From positions 10,416 to 74,415 of the forward strand of contig CAISRB010000016.1 in NCBI GenBank assembly GCA_903887775.1: a DNA stretch of 64,000 bases, in the 5' to 3' direction. Both the position numbers and the translations under genes were made by a program. The notes beneath the pieces are model-generated. The model saw nothing but the letters and a program-made list of their open reading frames with translations, was not told where the DNA came from and made no database searches. This stretch comes from an uncultured Bacteroidales bacterium. GTDB taxonomy: Bacteria; Bacteroidota; Bacteroidia; Bacteroidales; FEN-979. This document shows positions 60,520 through 64,000 of this stretch, one piece after another (within the stretch, counting starts at the first letter, position 1; each line of letters opens with the position of its first letter).

Positions 60520-63063
60520 TCAGGATGTTTTTTCTTTCGTTATGAGTTTTGAAATAGTCATAAACAATTCGCTTTTATTGATCGGTTTCGAAATATACCC
60601 GTCGCAACCAGATTCTTTGCTCTTCTCCTTGTCGGTCGACATGGCATACGCAGTTTGTGAAATTACAGGAAGTTGAGGGAGCAGTGCTTTGATCTCTCTG
60701 GCCAAATCCCAGCCGGAGGCATCCGGCAACCTGACATCCAGCAGGATAAGGTCGTACGAACTGAGATTTTCATATTGTGCTCTAAGCTCTTTTCCGCTAA
60801 AGACAGGAGTCAGATCAGCACCGGTCTTTCTCAGAATTATTTTGAGATAATCCATGTTAGATTGCTCGTCCTCCACCAACATAATCTTTTTGCCTGACCA
60901 GTTGTAATTGCTTTCGGCTTTTTTAGTACCGGGTCCATCTGTGGCAGGCTGATTTTTTTCCTGCTCCGGTTCATAAGGGAATTTGAAAAAGAAGGTGCTT
61001 CCTTTTCCGGGCACTGAGTCCACCCAGATTTCACCGCCTAAGAGGGCAAGGGAACCTTTGCAGATAGAAAGCCCAAGTCCGGTACCTCCATACAGTTTTT
61101 TAGGGTTTTGAACAGCCGCCTGCCTGAAATGTTCAAAGATCACTTCCTGGTTTTCGGCAGAGATCCCGATCCCGGTATCAGCCACATAGCAGGTAATGGT
61201 CTTATCTTCCGGTGGATGGTATCCAAAACCGATTACCCCGGCATCGGTAAATTTGATCGCGTTATCGATCAGGTTCGAAAAGACTTGTTTGAGAATAAAT
61301 TTGTCAGTTTTTATGATTACCTGCTCGCCCGGGAGTTTCTTTTCTGCTTTGATTTTAATACCTGTTTTGTTATTCTTTTCAATCTTTTGCTGGAATACCA
61401 CCTCCAGTTCATCGAGGACATTATTCAGGGAAACAACGGTTTTATAAATAGTAGCATTTCCTGATTCAATTCTGGATATATCCAGCAGATCGTTGATAAG
61501 ATGCATCAGGTCGTCGGATCTCGATTGGATAATGCCTGAATACCGGCGGCGATCCTCATAAGAAAGGTCGGGATCGGAAAGCATATCTGAAAAACCAACG
61601 ATGGCATTCATCGGGGTTCTTATTTCGTGTGACATATTGGCAAGGAAAGTGGATTTTAACCTGTCGCTTTCCTCGGCTTTGTTTTTGGCAATGTGAAGTT
61701 CTTTTTCTGCTCTTATGCGTTGTTCTTCTTCCTCAGCAAACTCCATCGCAAAAGATATGTTTGCGGCCATTTCGTCAAGCAATGTAAGTTCTTCATCATC
61801 GAAAAAATTCGCCTCAGAGGCGTAAAGGGTCAAGGCGCCTCTTAACTTACCTGCAATTTTAAACGGAAAAACGGCAGATGCACGATAACCCAGTCTCAGA
61901 GCATCTTCACGCCAGGGGGTCATTCGGGGGTCAGAAGCTATATCGTTTGCCACGCTGTGTTTTCCGTCACGCAGCGCAATGGCAGTAGGACCAAGACCCC
62001 GCTCACTATTGTCCAGGGTGATTTGGAGCTTTTCCAGGTAGTTTTCGGTCTTGCCGGCGCTTGCCACAGGTATCACGTTCTTTGTTTGCGGGTCCACCAT
62101 TCCTATCCAGGCCATACGGAACCCCCCTTCTCCGATGGCAATATTACAAACCGCTTCGTATAACTCCAGTGGTTTATGCACCCATATAATCGTTCGGTTA
62201 ATTTCACTCAGCAGGGCATATGTCCGGTTGAGCTTGCGTAACATCATTTCTGATTGCTTCCGATCGGTAATGTCTGAATTGAATCCATGCCAGATAATAC
62301 TGCCATCAGCCTGTTTCTCCGGGGTGGATTGACCCAGCATCCATCTTACCGGCTGACCGGGAATCTTTACCCGGTACTCGCATTTCCAGGTGGTCAGGTT
62401 TTTCCCTGAATAATCAATGGAACTTATTACCTTTTCCAAATCTTCCTTCAATATTACATTGGCGATTGGAGAAAAATCCTCGCGAACATCCTGGGGGGAA
62501 CATCCGAAAACATCTCTTATAGCTTCTGTTGTAAAAGGTACACAATAAGTTCCATCGGGTTTCTTCATAAACTGATATATCATTCCCGGAACATGAGATG
62601 ACAGTTTCAAGAATCGTATGTCGCGGCCCTCCAGCGCCTCTTCGGCTTTCTTTCGTTCGGTAATGTCAATAAACGATGTTATTATTTTGTGATTGCCAAT
62701 CATTGATATTGACATGAGAGCATTCGTTATTTCACCATTTTTCTTATAAAATGAAAATTCATATTTATCAGGGGCATCCTTTGGGTTTAGAAGTCTGAGT
62801 CGGTTAAATTCTTTTAAGCGTTCAAGGTCTTCGGGAGGTATTTGCTGAGTCCAGCTCATTCCAATAACTTCCTCCTTGGTATAACCACTCATTCGGCAAT
62901 ATTCTTCGTTAACCATTGATATCGTAGTATCCGGTTCTATAATGGCCATTGCTGCAGAGTTGTTTTCAAAAATCAAACGGAAATTTTCTTCGCTTTCAAG
63001 CAGCATCCTTACATTCTCATCAGTGCTTGCTTTGACTTTGGATTTCGATGGGTTCTTCTTCAT
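60520..63063 (-). CDS. Cytoplasmic PAS-PAS-GAF hybrid histidine kinase with REC
   Basis: Two PAS domains (DITERK/DITDRK), GAF (MAWIG..GPT..A), ANMSHEIRTPMN and REC (LDVRLP). Start probably ATG 63063. Confidence 0.92.
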   Translation of the reverse strand: MKKNPSKSKVKASTDENVRMLLESEENFRLIFENNSAAMAIIEPDTTISMVNEEYCRMSGYTKEEVIGMSWTQQIPPEDLERLKEFNRLRLLNPKDAPDKYEFSFYKKNGEITNALMSISMIGNHKIITSFIDITERKKAEEALEGRDIRFLKLSSHVPGMIYQFMKKPDGTYCVPFTTEAIRDVFGCSPQDVREDFSPIANVILKEDLEKVISSIDYSGKNLTTWKCEYRVKIPGQPVRWMLGQSTPEKQADGSIIWHGFNSDITDRKQSEMMLRKLNRTYALLSEINRTIIWVHKPLELYEAVCNIAIGEGGFRMAWIGMVDPQTKNVIPVASAGKTENYLEKLQITLDNSERGLGPTAIALRDGKHSVANDIASDPRMTPWREDALRLGYRASAVFPFKIAGKLRGALTLYASEANFFDDEELTLLDEMAANISFAMEFAEEEEQRIRAEKELHIAKNKAEESDRLKSTFLANMSHEIRTPMNAIVGFSDMLSDPDLSYEDRRRYSGIIQSRSDDLMHLINDLLDISRIESGNATIYKTVVSLNNVLDELEVVFQQKIEKNNKTGIKIKAEKKLPGEQVIIKTDKFILKQVFSNLIDNAIKFTDAGVIGFGYHPPEDKTITCYVADTGIGISAENQEVIFEHFRQAAVQNPKKLYGGTGLGLSICKGSLALLGGEIWVDSVPGKGSTFFFKFPYEPEQEKNQPATDGPGTKKAESNYNWSGKKIMLVEDEQSNMDYLKIILRKTGADLTPVFSGKELRAQYENLSSYDLILLDVRLPDASGWDLAREIKALLPQLPVISQTAYAMSTDKEKSKESGCDGYISKPINKSELFMTISKLITKEKTS

Positions 63064-63328
63064 TGGGGTTTGGATTATCAGTCCTGATAAAGAAAAAGAG
63101 TAATACTCAAAAGTATGAAAATTTATTCTTTGAGCAAACATGTGCTGTTTTTTTTCCTTTCAGGGTGTTTTATCGTTGAAGTATCCAGCTATACTCTGAA
63201 GGGAATCGTTGGGGAAAAGATATGGAAGAGGATTTATTGAAAATGGTTAATAAATACAGTAAAGGTTGAATCTTGATTTAACTGGATAACAACCATCCTG
63301 CCATTCATTACCTTCTTTAACCATACCA

Positions 63329-64000
63329 CTACCAGATCACGATCTTTAGTGAATCAGCCACGGTACATTTACATCCGAAGGCATCAGAAAATTCCTTCAT
63401 CAGAGGCAGGGTGGCATTGATCCTCCAGCGTGCCGGACTATGCTCGTTGGTCTGCACCTGGTTGATAAGGCTCTCATTTGTCATGTTTTCGCGCCAGACC
63501 TGGGCCCATCCCAGGAAAAAGCGTTGCTGGTATGTAAACCCGTTAATAGGTTCAGGTTTCTTTTTGCCTTCAAGTGACTTTTCAAGGGCATAATAACCGA
63601 GGGTTAATCCCCCCAGGTCGGCAATATTCTCGCCTAACGTAAGTTTGCCATTGATTTTAAAACCTTTCGTTACTTCAATGGAACTGAAATATTCTTCCAG
63701 TTTTTTTCCGAGTGAAATGAAATTTTTAGAATCTTCCGGGGTCCACCAGTTACTCAGGTTCCCATTGCCGTCGTATTGTGCCCCCTGGTCGTCGAAGCCA
63801 TGAGTCATCTCATGTCCGATAACCCCGATTATAGCTCCATAGTTGATTGCATCATCAGCATCAGGGTTGAAAAATGGCGGTTGAAGAATGGCTGCCGGGA
63901 ATACGATCTCGTTGTTCGTGGGATTGTTATAGGCATTGATCGTTTGAGGCGACATTCCCCATTCTTTTTTATCAACAGGTTTGCCTGCTTTCGAGATCAT
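63329..64000 (-). CDS. M13 family metallopeptidase (PepO/neprilysin-like), C-terminal part
   Basis: INAYN, FPAAILQPPF, GHEMTHGFDDQG, GENIADLGG and HSP..WR motifs. The 5' part lies outside the window. Confidence 0.93.
   Translation of the reverse strand: MISKAGKPVDKKEWGMSPQTINAYNNPTNNEIVFPAAILQPPFFNPDADDAINYGAIIGVIGHEMTHGFDDQGAQYDGNGNLSNWWTPEDSKNFISLGKKLEEYFSSIEVTKGFKINGKLTLGENIADLGGLTLGYYALEKSLEGKKKPEPINGFTYQQRFFLGWAQVWRENMTNESLINQVQTNEHSPARWRINATLPLMKEFSDAFGCKCTVADSLKIVIW

Overview
Chromosomal segment of a Bacteroidota bacterium, most likely an anaerobic Bacteroidales. The evidence is a short Bacteroidota-type RpoD, TAnnTTTG -7 promoter boxes before many genes, a beta-propeller/Y_Y_Y sensor kinase, hydG and rubrerythrin. 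It holds about 55 CDSs. Housekeeping genes (mtaB, ligA, rpe, rpoD, pnp, rpsO, aroE, glmM, recR) are mixed with accessory modules: a hydG operon with two TM1266-like ACT proteins flanking a membrane HisKA_2 kinase, an ECF sigma/anti-sigma operon, an amino-sugar GT2/GT-C cassette, a FIST-kinase pair and a TetR-controlled Lol-like ABC operon. I saw no rRNA, tRNA, CRISPR array, transposase or integrase. Five observations stand out. (1) A ferredoxin-dependent bilin reductase-fold protein fused to a PCP_red domain, in a window with no photosynthesis genes. (2) A family of intergenic 7/8-bp tandem arrays, two of which enclose an identical 64-bp hairpin core 33 kb apart. (3) Four TGTAAC-N16-(C/A)RT(C/A)WA ECF-type promoters, one of them before rpoD. 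(4) An in-frame three-part chimeric relic gene. (5) A partial oleate hydratase at the left edge that the ORF track missed. All family calls come from recognising motifs by eye, not from database searches.
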